Assembly (NCBI GenBank): GCA_036170235.1
Contig: JAVHOW010000016.1
Span: 5,511 to 69,510, forward strand
Reading direction: 5' to 3'
Length of the DNA: 64,000 bases
DNA from: Minisyncoccota bacterium
Lineage (GTDB): Bacteria > Patescibacteriota > Minisyncoccia > Phycocordibacterales > PALSA-1337
Part shown: piece after piece, positions 27,303 through 37,476 of the stretch
Layout: every line of letters starts with the position of its first letter
Position numbering within the stretch: the stretch's first letter is position 1
Position numbers and translations under genes: made by a program
The notes under the pieces: generated by a model
Database searches by the model: none
The model's input: the letters and a program-made list of their open reading frames with translations, nothing else
Told to the model about the DNA's origin: nothing

Positions 27303-28373
27303 TTATTTTTCTTTCGAACGTGGAATCTTCACCACAAACTTCGCGCCTTTTCCTTCTTCACTCACAACTTCAATAGTTCCACCCAAATCCTGTTTAACAA
27401 TAGTCTTGACTGTCATCATCCCAATACCGCTACCACTTTTCTTGGTGGTGAACCGGTCTATGAAAAGTCGCGTCTGATTTTCCGCAGAAATACCACAGCC
27501 GGTGTCTGATACGGATAATTCAATGATCGACTTCTTTTTTATTATTGAAATTGTTACGACATGCTCTAAAGGCTCCTGTTTTTCAGTCCTAACGCACTCG
27601 CGTTTTTTCGTTGAATCAAGTGCTTGAGTATTATTTTGAATAGAAGTTTGCATAGACGCCTGAATACATGCGTCAATCGCATTCGAAATCAGATTTACTA
27701 ACAACTGATGTAGACGAACAGGATTAACATCCAAATACACTGGTTCTTTTTGATTAACTTTGATTTGCACTCCAGCCATGCGCGCCTTATAACCAATAAT
27801 ATCCAAGACAATATTAATTTCTTTGTCCACATTTGCAAGCATCATTTTTTGATTTTCTGGGTTTAATTCATTATTCGAATCCACTGTTTCATTACCTAAT
27901 GACCTCTGCACGCTTTCCATAAATGAATTCATTCGTCGCGATGACTCAATAACAGTCTGGACCATTTCTTTTTCTTCTATTTTATTTGAATCGTTCATAT
28001 GATAATCAAGTTGTTGGACGTATAGAGACACTGAAGAAAGTGGACTTATTAGATCATGAAAAAGTCCTTGTGATAATTTTCCAAATTCCGCGTTTCTTTC
28101 TAATTCGATCATTCGCTGTTCTTCTGCGTGGACAAATTCGGTAGTGCGCTCCGCGATGTGTCGAGTCAAAGAATTTTTCTTATCTTCCAACATTTTTTCC
28201 GAAGCCATAATTCGAACGCGTGAAATTTTTATCTCGCGATCTGAGAGCCAGACAATCGCGCAGACCAGGGTGAATATTGTGGTATAGATAATACCATCTG
28301 CCACGGTGAACGCGCCTGCGTCCGTGACAGATGGTTCCCCCTCATCCACCTGCGAGAATGTAAAGGGTTTCAT
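27303..28373 (-). CDS. Sensor histidine kinase (HisKA + HATPase_c) with an N-terminal TM anchor.
   Basis: H-box LSQGLFHDLISPL. N, G1 and G2 boxes (DTGCGI, GSGIG). Confidence 0.85.
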   Translation of the reverse strand: MKPFTFSQVDEGEPSVTDAGAFTVADGIIYTTIFTLVCAIVWLSDREIKISRVRIMASEKMLEDKKNSLTRHIAERTTEFVHAEEQRMIELERNAEFGKLSQGLFHDLISPLSSVSLYVQQLDYHMNDSNKIEEKEMVQTVIESSRRMNSFMESVQRSLGNETVDSNNELNPENQKMMLANVDKEINIVLDIIGYKARMAGVQIKVNQKEPVYLDVNPVRLHQLLVNLISNAIDACIQASMQTSIQNNTQALDSTKKRECVRTEKQEPLEHVVTISIIKKKSIIELSVSDTGCGISAENQTRLFIDRFTTKKSGSGIGMMTVKTIVKQDLGGTIEVVSEEGKGAKFVVKIPRSKEK

Positions 28374-28474
28374 AGTATTATCTGTTCACAAAAATGGAAG
28401 AATTGTGCTTCATGACATGTCACCATACTGATATTAATAAATGGATATGTCGACACATAACCTTATATACCGTA

Positions 28475-28525
28475 TCAAATCGAAATGAAGAAACACTGAA
28501 GAAACGATAAAGAAGTAATGAAGAT
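28475..28525. repeat. ~45-bp repeat, copy B, between the RR stop and the HK start.
   Basis: tatcaaatcgaaatgaagaaacactgaagaaacgataaagaagtaatgaaga. Confidence 0.7.
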
Positions 28526-28539
28526 TTTTTCCTATGGCT

Positions 28540-29211
28540 CTATTCAGCGCTCATAATGTACCCTCGACCAGGGACATTTTGGATATAATCAGGTTTATTT
28601 GAGGCATTGAGCTTCCTTCGGATATTGCGAAGATGCGTTTCTACAGTATTTGAGAGTATGTCTGCATCCGCGGTCCATACGTGTTCCAGAATAAGGATGC
28701 GTGATACCAAAGTTCCTTGGTGTTGAATTAGATATTCGAGCACGGCGAATTCTTTGCGAGTTAGAGATATATTGCGACCTTCGCGAGTGACAATGTGGGT
28801 ATCTTGATTGAGTATGATATCACCGACTACTAGGATTGGCTTCTTGGTTATATTTGGACGGCGATGAATAGCGCGCAAACGAGCCTGTAATTCCTCAAAT
28901 GAAAATGGCTTGACGAGATAATCGTCAGCGCCATGATCGAGTGCGGCTATTTTTGTTTCGACGGTATCAGTGACTGAAAGAAAAATAATCGGCGTGGTTT
29001 TTCCTGCCATCCGAATTTCTTTGCAAATCGTTAAGCCATCTTTTTTCGGTAGGGAATAATCTAGTAGGATCGCGTCATAGTCATAACTTTTTCCCATGAA
29101 TGATCCATCACCACCAGTGGATGCAATATCTACGGAGTAAGCTTTAGCTTTGAGGCTGTTCTCAAGCATATCTGCTAAACTCTTGTCATCTTCAACGATG
29201 AGGATTTTCAT
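28540..29211 (-). CDS. OmpR-family response regulator (REC + winged helix).
   Basis: MKILIVEDD...D...LPKKDG plus a C-terminal wHTH. Confidence 0.88.
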   Translation of the reverse strand: MKILIVEDDKSLADMLENSLKAKAYSVDIASTGGDGSFMGKSYDYDAILLDYSLPKKDGLTICKEIRMAGKTTPIIFLSVTDTVETKIAALDHGADDYLVKPFSFEELQARLRAIHRRPNITKKPILVVGDIILNQDTHIVTREGRNISLTRKEFAVLEYLIQHQGTLVSRILILEHVWTADADILSNTVETHLRNIRRKLNASNKPDYIQNVPGRGYIMSAE

Positions 29212-29312
29212 GAGCGTATGTTATTATTTAGTACGCTAAATATAACATAGTTGTGTAAGATGTCGAGGTTGTCTTACGTCATATATAGGTATAAGCTGTT
29301 GACATCTATTTG

Positions 29313-29331
29313 TCCAAGGTCCGACCTTGGA
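29313..29331. repeat. REP-like palindrome TCCAAGGTCCGACCTTGGA, copy 4, upstream of the 29360 gene.
   Basis: Exact palindrome 28 nt upstream of the ATG. TTGACA lies 9 nt further upstream. Confidence 0.9.
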
Positions 29332-29359
29332 TATGAATTAACTTCTAATTACTATTATC

Positions 29360-30595
29360 ATGAAAAAATATATTATTGCATCAAGTATAGCTCTGTTCGC
29401 TCTCGCTTCAGTAGTTGGGGCGCAGAATTTTACATTTTTAAATAATTTGTCAGTTGGGGCTAGTAGCTCTGATGTGGTCAACCTACAAACTTGGCTTATT
29501 TCAAATGGGTATGATATTCCCGCATTGAGTTCGGGGGTGGCTTTTCATGGATATTTTGGTTCGCAAACAAAAACTGCATTAATGAAATATCAATTTTCTA
29601 ACGGAATTCCAAATACCGGCTATTTTGGTCCAATGACTAGGGGGAGGATGAATGGTGGAGATTCCCGTGGGGCAAGTCCACTCAATGTCATTTCACCAAA
29701 TGGTGGGGAAGTTTGGCAGAAAGGAACAACACAAACTATAAGATGGAATGCACCGTATTATTTCAGAGCGACGTATGCAGATATTAAACTCGTTCCGTAT
29801 TATCAGCCATGTACTGGTCAGGTATGTCCGATGGGTGCTGTGCAATCGTCAGGTGCTCAAACATCGATGATGTATCCATATCGTGCGCCGTATACAATTT
29901 CTACAAATATAAGTATCAATCAGAATTCGTATAGTTGGAAAGTTGGGAATGTATTGACTGATGGAAATCTTGATACACCGGTTGGTCAAATAGTTGCTCC
30001 AGACGGCCAATACACCATCCAAGTCTGCGAAACAGGTACCAATAATTGTGACTCAAGTAATTCACCTTTCACTATTACTTCTTCAGCCCCACTTTCAGTT
30101 TTGAAAGTAACTTCCCCAAATGGTGGGGAAGTTTGGCAGGCGAATTCAACACATCGAATCGCTTGGTCTGTAACAGATCTATCTAATGTCGATGCGCCAT
30201 TTGATATCTATCTCGATCAGGCAAATATTTACTGCATTACAACACCATGTGGGAGTACTTATGTTCTTGATAGAAACATCATGACCTCAACTATCTATAA
30301 TTGGATAGTGGCAACTGACATCAATAATGTCCAGATTCCTGCGGCAGATTATAGGGTTCGTGTTTGTATAGCCGGTTCAACGACAAACTGTGATTCGAGT
30401 GACTCATCCTTCACTATTAGCTCAACACTTCTCCGAATTTGCCCAAGTCAAAAAATAGTAAATCAGATGCCCGTTGTTACTGGTCAAGATTATCCTGCGT
30501 ACTATATATTGAACGGTCAACGTCGCGAATTGACAGAATTTGATCAAACTTGGGTACAATCAAATTGTACAGTGCCACAGCAGATAGTTTATTAG
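29360..30595 (+). CDS. Secreted protein with an N-terminal peptidoglycan-binding domain and two ~130-aa internal repeats beginning SPNGGEVWQ.
   Basis: Signal peptide. PG_binding_1-like LQTWLISNGY...YFGSQTKTALMKYQFSNGI. Repeat units at ~aa 112 and ~aa 254. Confidence 0.6.
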   Translation: MKKYIIASSIALFALASVVGAQNFTFLNNLSVGASSSDVVNLQTWLISNGYDIPALSSGVAFHGYFGSQTKTALMKYQFSNGIPNTGYFGPMTRGRMNGGDSRGASPLNVISPNGGEVWQKGTTQTIRWNAPYYFRATYADIKLVPYYQPCTGQVCPMGAVQSSGAQTSMMYPYRAPYTISTNISINQNSYSWKVGNVLTDGNLDTPVGQIVAPDGQYTIQVCETGTNNCDSSNSPFTITSSAPLSVLKVTSPNGGEVWQANSTHRIAWSVTDLSNVDAPFDIYLDQANIYCITTPCGSTYVLDRNIMTSTIYNWIVATDINNVQIPAADYRVRVCIAGSTTNCDSSDSSFTISSTLLRICPSQKIVNQMPVVTGQDYPAYYILNGQRRELTEFDQTWVQSNCTVPQQIVY

Positions 30596-30625
30596 ATCTT
30601 TGCAAGAATGTGGCAAAATAAAGCA

Positions 30626-30653
30626 AAAATCCGTCACCAAAGACGGATTTTTG
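30626..30653. terminator. Rho-independent terminator.
   Basis: aaaaatccgtcaccaaagacggattttt. Confidence 0.6.
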
Positions 30654-30924
30654 TAGAGTCTAGTATAAGGTCTCTGACCTCTCACGCCTCATCAACCGTA
30701 CAATTATAGCAAAATAATAATTACTGTCAATACTTTGTGGTTCTTTAAAGAACCTTTTAAATTTGACACCCTTATTGTCTCTATGCTAAGCTAGCTGGGT
30801 TCGTATTTTATAAAAACTAATAACAATTTATCCTGGCACTTGGTTTCGTTAATGGGTATTGAAGAAATGGTATAAACTTCAGCATCTGTTCACTGATCCA
30901 AGTGACAGGCACTAAAATAATATT

Positions 30925-32112
30925 ATGGCAGCAGAATTCAATCGCACAAAGCCACACGTTAACGTTGGTACCATCGGACACGTTGACCACGGCAAAACTA
31001 CGCTCACCGCTTCTATCCTTGCAGTTCAGGCCAAGAAAGGTCTTGCAAAGGACAAGTCTTATTCAGATATCGCCAAGGGTGGTACTGTTCGTGACGCGTC
31101 AAAGATCGTTACTATTTCTCTAGCTCACGTTGAGTATGAGACACCTGTTCGTCACTACGCTCACATCGACGCTCCAGGTCACGCTGACTATATCAAGAAC
31201 ATGATTACCGGTGCCGCTCAAATGGACGGTGCTATTCTCGTCGTTTCCGCTCTTGATGGTGTGATGCCACAGACTCGCGAACATATCCTTCTTGCAAAGC
31301 AAGTTGGTGTTCCAAAAGTTTTGGTTTTTCTTAACAAGTGTGACATGGTTGCCGAAGCAGATTTGCTCGACCTAGTTGAAGAAGAGGTTCGTGAACTCCT
31401 CACTAAGAACGGCTTTGATGGCAAGGAGGCTCCAGTTATCCGTGGTTCAGCATTGAAGGCTCTCGAAGGTGATCCAGTATGGACAGTCAAGATTGACGAG
31501 CTCATGAATGCTCTCGATACCTTCATCCCTATGCCAGTTCGTGATATCGACAAGCCATTCCTCATGCCGATCGAAGACATTTTCTCTATCGAAGGACGTG
31601 GAACTGTGGTTACTGGTCGTATCGAACGCGGTCAAGTCAAGGTTGGTGACGAAGTTGAGATTATCGGCTTCCGTGATACCGTAAAGACTACTATTACTGG
31701 TATCGAAATGTTCAACAAGCAGCTCAAGGAAGGTATTGCCGGAGACAACGCTGGACTCCTTCTCCGAGGTACTGCAAAGGATGACGTTTCTCGCGGTCAG
31801 GTTTTGGCCAAGACCGGTTCCGTCAAGCCTCATACCGAATTTGAGTCAGAAGTATACGTTTTGAAGAAAGAAGAAGGTGGTCGCCACACTCCATTCTTCA
31901 CTGGATATAAGCCTCAATTCTATATTCGTACTACAGACGTTACTGGTGAAGTAACCCTCCCTGAAAAGGTTGAAATGGTTATGCCAGGTGACACGATCAC
32001 TTTCAAAGTCAAACTCGTTGCTCCAGTTGCTCTCGAAGCTCAAATGCGTTTCGCCGTCCGTGAAGGAGGCAAGACCGTTGGTGCTGGAGTTATAACGAAG
32101 GTGGTAGCGTAA
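30925..32112 (+). CDS. tuf: Elongation factor Tu.
   Basis: [22 protein letters not shown]. 395 aa. Confidence 0.97.
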   Translation: MAAEFNRTKPHVNVGTIGHVDHGKTTLTASILAVQAKKGLAKDKSYSDIAKGGTVRDASKIVTISLAHVEYETPVRHYAHIDAPGHADYIKNMITGAAQMDGAILVVSALDGVMPQTREHILLAKQVGVPKVLVFLNKCDMVAEADLLDLVEEEVRELLTKNGFDGKEAPVIRGSALKALEGDPVWTVKIDELMNALDTFIPMPVRDIDKPFLMPIEDIFSIEGRGTVVTGRIERGQVKVGDEVEIIGFRDTVKTTITGIEMFNKQLKEGIAGDNAGLLLRGTAKDDVSRGQVLAKTGSVKPHTEFESEVYVLKKEEGGRHTPFFTGYKPQFYIRTTDVTGEVTLPEKVEMVMPGDTITFKVKLVAPVALEAQMRFAVREGGKTVGAGVITKVVA

Positions 32113-32120
32113 TAGATCCC

Positions 32121-32516
32121 ATGGTTACAGAACATAAAACAATTAAAAAAGAGACTCACGCCAAGGTTCCTCGCGCACCTCGTGCCAAGAAGGTCAAGGC
32201 TGTAGGTGAGGCACCACATCTCCGTATCCGTGTTCGTGCTTATGAGCACAAGATTCTCGATGCATCATTGAAACAGATTATGGATACAGCCGCTCGTTAT
32301 GACGCGGAGATCCACGGTCCAGTTCCATTGCCGACCGAGATCAAGAAGTACACGGTCAACCGCTCTTCCTTTATTGACAAGAATAGCCGTGAACAATTCG
32401 AAATGCGCGTTCACAAGAGACTAATAGATATTATTAATCCCAATCCGAAGGTCATCGAAGCTTTGACGAATCTAAGTCTACCATCAGGGGTGAACATAGA
32501 TGTGAAGATGATGTAG
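32121..32516 (+). CDS. rpsJ: 30S ribosomal protein S10 with a ~30-aa basic N-terminal extension.
   Basis: The core RIRVRAYEHKILD...GPVPLPT is S10. The N-terminal extension is KKETHAKVPRAPRAKKVKAV. Confidence 0.9.
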   Translation: MVTEHKTIKKETHAKVPRAPRAKKVKAVGEAPHLRIRVRAYEHKILDASLKQIMDTAARYDAEIHGPVPLPTEIKKYTVNRSSFIDKNSREQFEMRVHKRLIDIINPNPKVIEALTNLSLPSGVNIDVKMM

Positions 32517-32690
32517 TGTGATGGTGATGGCGCAGTGAACTTTGATTTTATGAGCCGAGAACTTGTCTGAGCGGAGTAACGCTCCAAACAAAATGGGAAT
32601 CGCCACTAATCCCTGTAACATTTTGTTTGGAGCGTACGTCGCGAGTCTCGCAGGCGAAATAAAATTAAAGTTCACTGCGCCATCACACAC
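32517..32690. repeat. MITE-like ~170-bp element in the rpsJ-rplC spacer with ~30-bp terminal inverted repeats and nested internal hairpins.
   Basis: 5' arm tgatggcgcagtgaactttgattttat (32525-32551) versus 3' arm ataaaattaaagttcactgcgccatca (32659-32685), with 1 mismatch. Internal stem gctccaaacaaaatg...cattttgtttggagcg. gcgagtctcgc hairpin. Confidence 0.7.
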
Positions 32691-32705
32691 CAATTCGTAA
32701 ATAAC

Positions 32706-33326
32706 ATGAAATTCATTCTTGGAAGAAAACTGAATATGACCCAAATCTTTGATGCCAAAGGTGCAGCATTACCTGTGACTGCTGTTTCTGTGCGTTCAAA
32801 TATTGTCACTCAAGTCCGTACCAAAGACACTGATGGTTATGAAGCTCTCCAAGTTGGAGAAGGTTCAAGGAACCCCGCTCGCATTGCCAAGCCCCAAAAA
32901 GGTCATTTCAAGGAGCTCGGTTCATTCGCTGCAGTATCTGAATTCCGAGATTATACTCCTGGAGCTGGTATGCCAACACTCAAAGTTGGTGACAAAGTTG
33001 AACTTTCACAGTTTGCCGCAGGTGACATGATTACAGTCAGTGCTATTTCCAAAGGTAAAGGTTTTCAAGGTGTGGTCAAGCGTCACGGTTTCGGTGGAGG
33101 TCCTCGCAGTCACGGTCAGAAACACTCCGAACGTGAGCCAGGTTCCATCGGTGGAGGCTTACGCACCCGCGTTCCAGTCGGTATGCGCATGGCCGGACGC
33201 ATGGGTTCTGATCGTATTACTGTGAAGAATTTGAAGGTCATTCACATTGACCCAGAGGAAAGTATCATGTATGTTTCTGGAGCTATTCCAGGCAAGAGAG
33301 GGACGTTGGTGGAGATTGTTGCATAA
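32706..33326 (+). CDS. rplC: 50S ribosomal protein L3.
   Basis: MKFILGRKLNMTQIFD start and L3 core. Confidence 0.95.
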   Translation: MKFILGRKLNMTQIFDAKGAALPVTAVSVRSNIVTQVRTKDTDGYEALQVGEGSRNPARIAKPQKGHFKELGSFAAVSEFRDYTPGAGMPTLKVGDKVELSQFAAGDMITVSAISKGKGFQGVVKRHGFGGGPRSHGQKHSEREPGSIGGGLRTRVPVGMRMAGRMGSDRITVKNLKVIHIDPEESIMYVSGAIPGKRGTLVEIVA

Positions 33327-33337
33327 TGAAATAAAAT

Positions 33338-34006
33338 ATGGAATCAACTATATACAATCAAGACGGTAAATCAACAGGGAAGATCACTCTTTCCAAGGAC
33401 GTATTCGGCGTACCATGGAATGCAGACTTGGTTCATGAGATCGTTCGTTTGATGAATTCAAATTCACGCAACGCAATCGCAAACACAAAGACCCGCGGTG
33501 AAGTCCGTGGTGGCGGTAAGAAGCCATGGAAACAGAAAGGTACAGGTCGCGCTCGTCACGGTTCCAGTCGTTCTCCGATCTGGGTTGGTGGTGGTGTTAC
33601 GCATGGTCCGCGCGCAGATAAGAACTTTGACCGCAAGATCAACAAGAAAGCTAAAGTTCGAGCTCTCTACACTATTCTTTCTCGTAAATTCAAAGACGGA
33701 GAGATTTTATTTGTTGATTCATTGAATATCAAAGCTCCAAAAGCGCAGGATGCCAAGAAAATCATTTCATCTCTTGCAACCATCAAGGGTTATGAGAAGC
33801 TCGCTACCAAGTCTACGAACGCCGCCATGATTGCGCTAGACAAGAAGACCGACGCTCTAACCAAGAGTTTTCGTAATTTCGGCAATGTTTCAGTAGAGGA
33901 ATTCCGCAATATCAATCCAGTTTCTATCCTCAATCATACATATTTGATCGTTACCAATCCGGTTGAGTCGTTAAAACTTTTAACGAGTAAGACCAAAAGC
34001 GAGTAA
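33338..34006 (+). CDS. rplD: 50S ribosomal protein L4.
   Basis: Operon position and L4-like sequence. Confidence 0.9.
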   Translation: MESTIYNQDGKSTGKITLSKDVFGVPWNADLVHEIVRLMNSNSRNAIANTKTRGEVRGGGKKPWKQKGTGRARHGSSRSPIWVGGGVTHGPRADKNFDRKINKKAKVRALYTILSRKFKDGEILFVDSLNIKAPKAQDAKKIISSLATIKGYEKLATKSTNAAMIALDKKTDALTKSFRNFGNVSVEEFRNINPVSILNHTYLIVTNPVESLKLLTSKTKSE

Positions 34007-34015
34007 ATTTAAATG

Positions 34016-34034
34016 TCCAAGGTCTGACCTTGGA
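34016..34034. repeat. REP-like palindrome TCCAAGGTCTGACCTTGGA, copy 5, in the rplD-rplW spacer.
   Basis: Exact palindrome between L4 and L23 inside the operon. Confidence 0.9.
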
Positions 34035-34048
34035 CAAACTAAACCACC

Positions 34049-34510
34049 ATGTCATTATTTGGATCAAAAAAGAAAACAGAAGCGGTAATTAAAACTCCGA
34101 AAGAGGCGAAGGCGGTAAAAGCTGTGTCAACAAAATCTGCAAAACCAGCAAAAGCTCCAAAGATTGAAAAGGCAAAACCTGTTTCAAAAGCTGTTACTGT
34201 TGTCGGTGATAAATTAAATACATCAGATGGAACTTTCAACACTGCATCTGTTATTCTTCGTCCTCGTATTACAGAGAAGTCAGGTATTTTGAGTCAAGGT
34301 GGTGTATACACATTCGAAGTAACCAAGGGTGCAAATAAAAATTCAGTTGCGTCTGCTGTGAAAGCGCTCTACAAAGTTATTCCAGTCAAAGTTGCAATCC
34401 TTAACAATCCTGCCAGAAACGTTTTTATCCGTGGTCGCCGAGGAGTTGTGCCAGGTGTTCGCAAGGCATTAGTTACGCTAAAGAAAGGAGATAAGATCGA
34501 CTTTGTTTAA
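34049..34510 (+). CDS. rplW: 50S ribosomal protein L23 with a ~60-aa Lys/Ala-rich histone-H1-like N-terminal extension.
   Basis: C-terminal L23 core ILRPRITEKS.... N-terminal KKKTEAVIKTPKEAKAVKAVSTKSAKPAKAPKIEKAKP. Confidence 0.85.
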   Translation: MSLFGSKKKTEAVIKTPKEAKAVKAVSTKSAKPAKAPKIEKAKPVSKAVTVVGDKLNTSDGTFNTASVILRPRITEKSGILSQGGVYTFEVTKGANKNSVASAVKALYKVIPVKVAILNNPARNVFIRGRRGVVPGVRKALVTLKKGDKIDFV

Positions 34511-34526
34511 TCTTTAATTTATTATC

Positions 34527-35384
34527 ATGAAATCATTCCGCCCAACATCAAAATCACGCCGACACATGACAGTCTTGCCATTCAAGGAATACTTGACTGC
34601 TTCAGAGCCGTACAAGCCGCTCACAATAGGTTTCAAGCGTGACATGGGGCGCAATGCTTTTGGTCGAATCACGGTTCGTCACAAGGGTGGAGGTCACAAA
34701 AAGCTTTACCGTATCATTGATTTCATGTACGACAAAAAAGACATGATTGCCACAGTTAAAACAGTTGAGTATGATCCATTCCGCACTGGTTATATTGGTT
34801 TGGTCAACTACAAGGATGGTACCAAGCGTTACGTTTTGCTTCCAAAGACTATGAAAGTCGGCAATTCATTTATCGTATCAGAGAATGCTCCTATTCAAGT
34901 CGGCAATCGTCTTCCAATCAAAAATATTCCAGTTGGTACGTTTATTTATAATATTGAAATCAAACCTGGCAGTGGTTCCAAACTCGTCCGTTCTGCTGGT
35001 TCATTTGCTCAAGTATCCGCAAACGATGCCGGTTATACCAATATCAAGCTACCATCAACTGAAGTTCGTAAGGTTCATGAAAATGCATGGGCATCGATCG
35101 GCGCGGTTTCCAATGAAGAAAATCGTCTGGTTAATATCGGCAAAGCTGGTCGCAGTCGCTGGATGGGTATTCGCCCAACAGTCCGTGGTACCGCCCAGAA
35201 CCCAGTTGACCACCCATATGGTGGAGGTGAACAACGCCAAGGTCGCGGTCTCCGTCGTTTGAAGACTCGTTGGGGCAAGCCAGCAGGTAAGGGTCAGAAG
35301 ACGCGTACCCCAAAGAAATATTCAAATGTCTTTATCGTTTCTCGAAGACAAGTTGGTAAAAAGAAGAGTGTGGCGAACCAGTAG
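34527..35384 (+). CDS. rplB: 50S ribosomal protein L2.
   Basis: GGGHKKLYRIIDF, GRNxxGRIT, and the C-terminal His region. Confidence 0.95.
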   Translation: MKSFRPTSKSRRHMTVLPFKEYLTASEPYKPLTIGFKRDMGRNAFGRITVRHKGGGHKKLYRIIDFMYDKKDMIATVKTVEYDPFRTGYIGLVNYKDGTKRYVLLPKTMKVGNSFIVSENAPIQVGNRLPIKNIPVGTFIYNIEIKPGSGSKLVRSAGSFAQVSANDAGYTNIKLPSTEVRKVHENAWASIGAVSNEENRLVNIGKAGRSRWMGIRPTVRGTAQNPVDHPYGGGEQRQGRGLRRLKTRWGKPAGKGQKTRTPKKYSNVFIVSRRQVGKKKSVANQ

Positions 35385-35401
35385 GAAAAACACTTATACA
35401 C

Positions 35402-35429
35402 AAAAAATCGGTACATTACCGATTTTTTT
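35402..35429. terminator. Bidirectional terminator between rplB and the antisense HK.
   Basis: aaaaaatcggtacattaccgattttttt. Confidence 0.65.
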
Positions 35430-35539
35430 GTTATACTATCCTCCATGTTCAAATTTATAGTCAAAACAACCAAGAAAATATTCGATACGATCGCGCTTAT
35501 GATTGTTGACAAGAAGATAATTGGTTAAATTTTCAAAGT

Positions 35540-36424
35540 CTATCTAACTGCTTTCAATCTAATAGTGAATGTAGCACCGGTACCAATGCCAGCTGAATCT
35601 ACGCTTATATTTCCTTTGTGTCTCCGCGTAATAGCTTGTGCCAAGTATAGTCCAACACCAAACCCTTCAGTGTCTACAGCTTGAGCATTTTGAGCGCGGA
35701 AGAATTTGGTAAATACATGAGGTAAATCTTTTTTGTCTATGCCAATGCCATGATCTGTTATTGATATTATTGCTTCATGTCTAATTTTTTGCACAGTCAC
35801 GTCTACATTTTGACCAGGCGGGGTATACGCTAACGCATTCCCCAGTAAAGTTTGCAAGACGAACTCCATGCGTTGCGGATCTATCTTCACTTGAATGTCA
35901 GTCGAAGGGCATTGCACGGAAAAGAAAATATTTTTTTCATGAAATGCATCTTTTAAGATATTACTGACTGTACGTACAAATTCACAAAGATTTACTTTTT
36001 CAAAAGCATATGCGGAAACCGAGTTGTTGTCAGAATCCGTGAGCTCAATGAGTGTATTGGTAAGTTTGATGAGCTTTTCATTTGATTGTTGTATGTCCTG
36101 GATGCTTTGGTGTTTGTAGGAATCTTGTTCAGATTTTAACAGTTCTTCCGATACCCACTTTACTTGAGTGAGTGGCGTGCGAAACTTGTGAGCAATGATG
36201 GTGATGAATTCGTATTTGAGAGTTTCATTTGTCCGAAGTTTCTTAACTATAGTCCAGATAATAATACTCAAGAACAAAAGTATTGAAATTACAAATAGTG
36301 TCGCGATGAAGCCATTTTGAATAGAAATTGAGAAGATAAGACCAAATAATGATTTTTGATTTTCCATGGTGATAAGATGACTTACTATAAGTATATCATA
36401 TGCCTGCTGAAGTGAGCGCGTCAT
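35540..36424 (-). CDS. Orphan membrane-anchored sensor histidine kinase, antisense within the ribosomal protein cluster.
   Basis: H-box HKFRTPLTQVKW, HATPase_c motifs (DHGIGI, GFGVGL), N-terminal TM. Confidence 0.8.
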   Translation of the reverse strand: MTRSLQQAYDILIVSHLITMENQKSLFGLIFSISIQNGFIATLFVISILLFLSIIIWTIVKKLRTNETLKYEFITIIAHKFRTPLTQVKWVSEELLKSEQDSYKHQSIQDIQQSNEKLIKLTNTLIELTDSDNNSVSAYAFEKVNLCEFVRTVSNILKDAFHEKNIFFSVQCPSTDIQVKIDPQRMEFVLQTLLGNALAYTPPGQNVDVTVQKIRHEAIISITDHGIGIDKKDLPHVFTKFFRAQNAQAVDTEGFGVGLYLAQAITRRHKGNISVDSAGIGTGATFTIRLKAVR

Positions 36425-36602
36425 ATATTGCGGTGCTAAGTATTCTAGCTATAACGAGGGAGTCGAAGAATTTTTATAATAGGAAAAGGAATTTGAGGAG
36501 GTAGGGTATTTGATTCTCCTTTTTCAATCGATATAGCTCATATTAAACTGTTACCGTAGATCATTCTGAACTTTTCTGGTTGCCGAATCGTTTTTCATCA
36601 AT

Positions 36603-36631
36603 TTGACTTCAAACCGCCGCTCTGTTAAGAT
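36603..36631 (+). promoter_or_regulatory. Sigma-70-like promoter TTGACT-17-TAAGAT for the rpsS and downstream operon segment, followed by a leader hairpin.
   Basis: TTGACT at 36603-36608, 17-nt spacer, TAAGAT at 36626-36631. Leader hairpin gatgcatgcgcgttcgcatc downstream. Confidence 0.45.
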
Positions 36632-36740
36632 GCTTGGCAAGCTCTGTGGAGCCTATTTTATTCGGTTTCTTGTTGAAAGATGCATGCGCGTTCGCATCTC
36701 AATCTTTCAATTATTTAATTTTCAAATTGTAATTTAAATC

Positions 36741-37088
36741 ATGGCACGATCACTTAAGAAAGGACCCTATATCGAAGAGCGACTCTTGAAGAAGATCGCA
36801 GGGAAAAAGCCGGCAACAACTGGGGTTATTAAGACTTGGTCACGCCGCTCCCAGATTTCACCGGAGATGGTGGGTTTCGTTTTTGGTGTCCACAATGGGA
36901 AGATACATATAGAAGTTTTGGTAACCGAGGATATGGTTGGACACCGCCTCGGTGAATTTTCGCCTACACGCAAGTTCGTGCGTCATGGAGGTAAGATGCA
37001 GAAGGAGATTGAAATGAAGGCTAAGGAAGCAGAAGTTTCAGCCGCAAAATCTGCAAAGGAAGCCGCTACAACCGCTACCAAAAAATAA
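36741..37088 (+). CDS. rpsS: 30S ribosomal protein S19 with a Lys/Ala-rich C-terminal extension.
   Basis: [10 protein letters not shown]...HNGK is S19. The extension is [30 protein letters not shown]. Confidence 0.92.
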   Translation: MARSLKKGPYIEERLLKKIAGKKPATTGVIKTWSRRSQISPEMVGFVFGVHNGKIHIEVLVTEDMVGHRLGEFSPTRKFVRHGGKMQKEIEMKAKEAEVSAAKSAKEAATTATKK

Positions 37089-37097
37089 TATACTGAC

Positions 37098-37475
37098 ATG
37101 ATTACCGCATCACTCCAAAATCATCGCATCTCTCCTCGCAAAGTCCGTCTGGTCGCAGATATGATTCGCGGTAAAAACGTCATTTTGGCAAAAACTATTT
37201 TGACCAATGCCTCCAAGAAGGCCAAGCATCCTATACATGACCTTTTGGATTCCGCTATTGCCAACGCTCTGCACAATCACAAAATTGATTCAGAGAACCT
37301 TTTTGTACAAGAGATTCGCGTTGATCAAGGTTTTGTTATGAAGCGTTCCATGCCAGTTTCGCGTGGTTCAGCGCATCCGATCAAAAAGAGGACCAGTCAT
37401 ATTAGTATTATTTTGGCACCACGCGTAAAAGCAGTTAAGCCAGTTGCTAAAACAGCTGTCAAATCAAAAAAATAA
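37098..37475 (+). CDS. rplV: 50S ribosomal protein L22.
   Basis: Position and sequence. Confidence 0.9.
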   Translation: MITASLQNHRISPRKVRLVADMIRGKNVILAKTILTNASKKAKHPIHDLLDSAIANALHNHKIDSENLFVQEIRVDQGFVMKRSMPVSRGSAHPIKKRTSHISIILAPRVKAVKPVAKTAVKSKK

Positions 37476-37476
37476 C

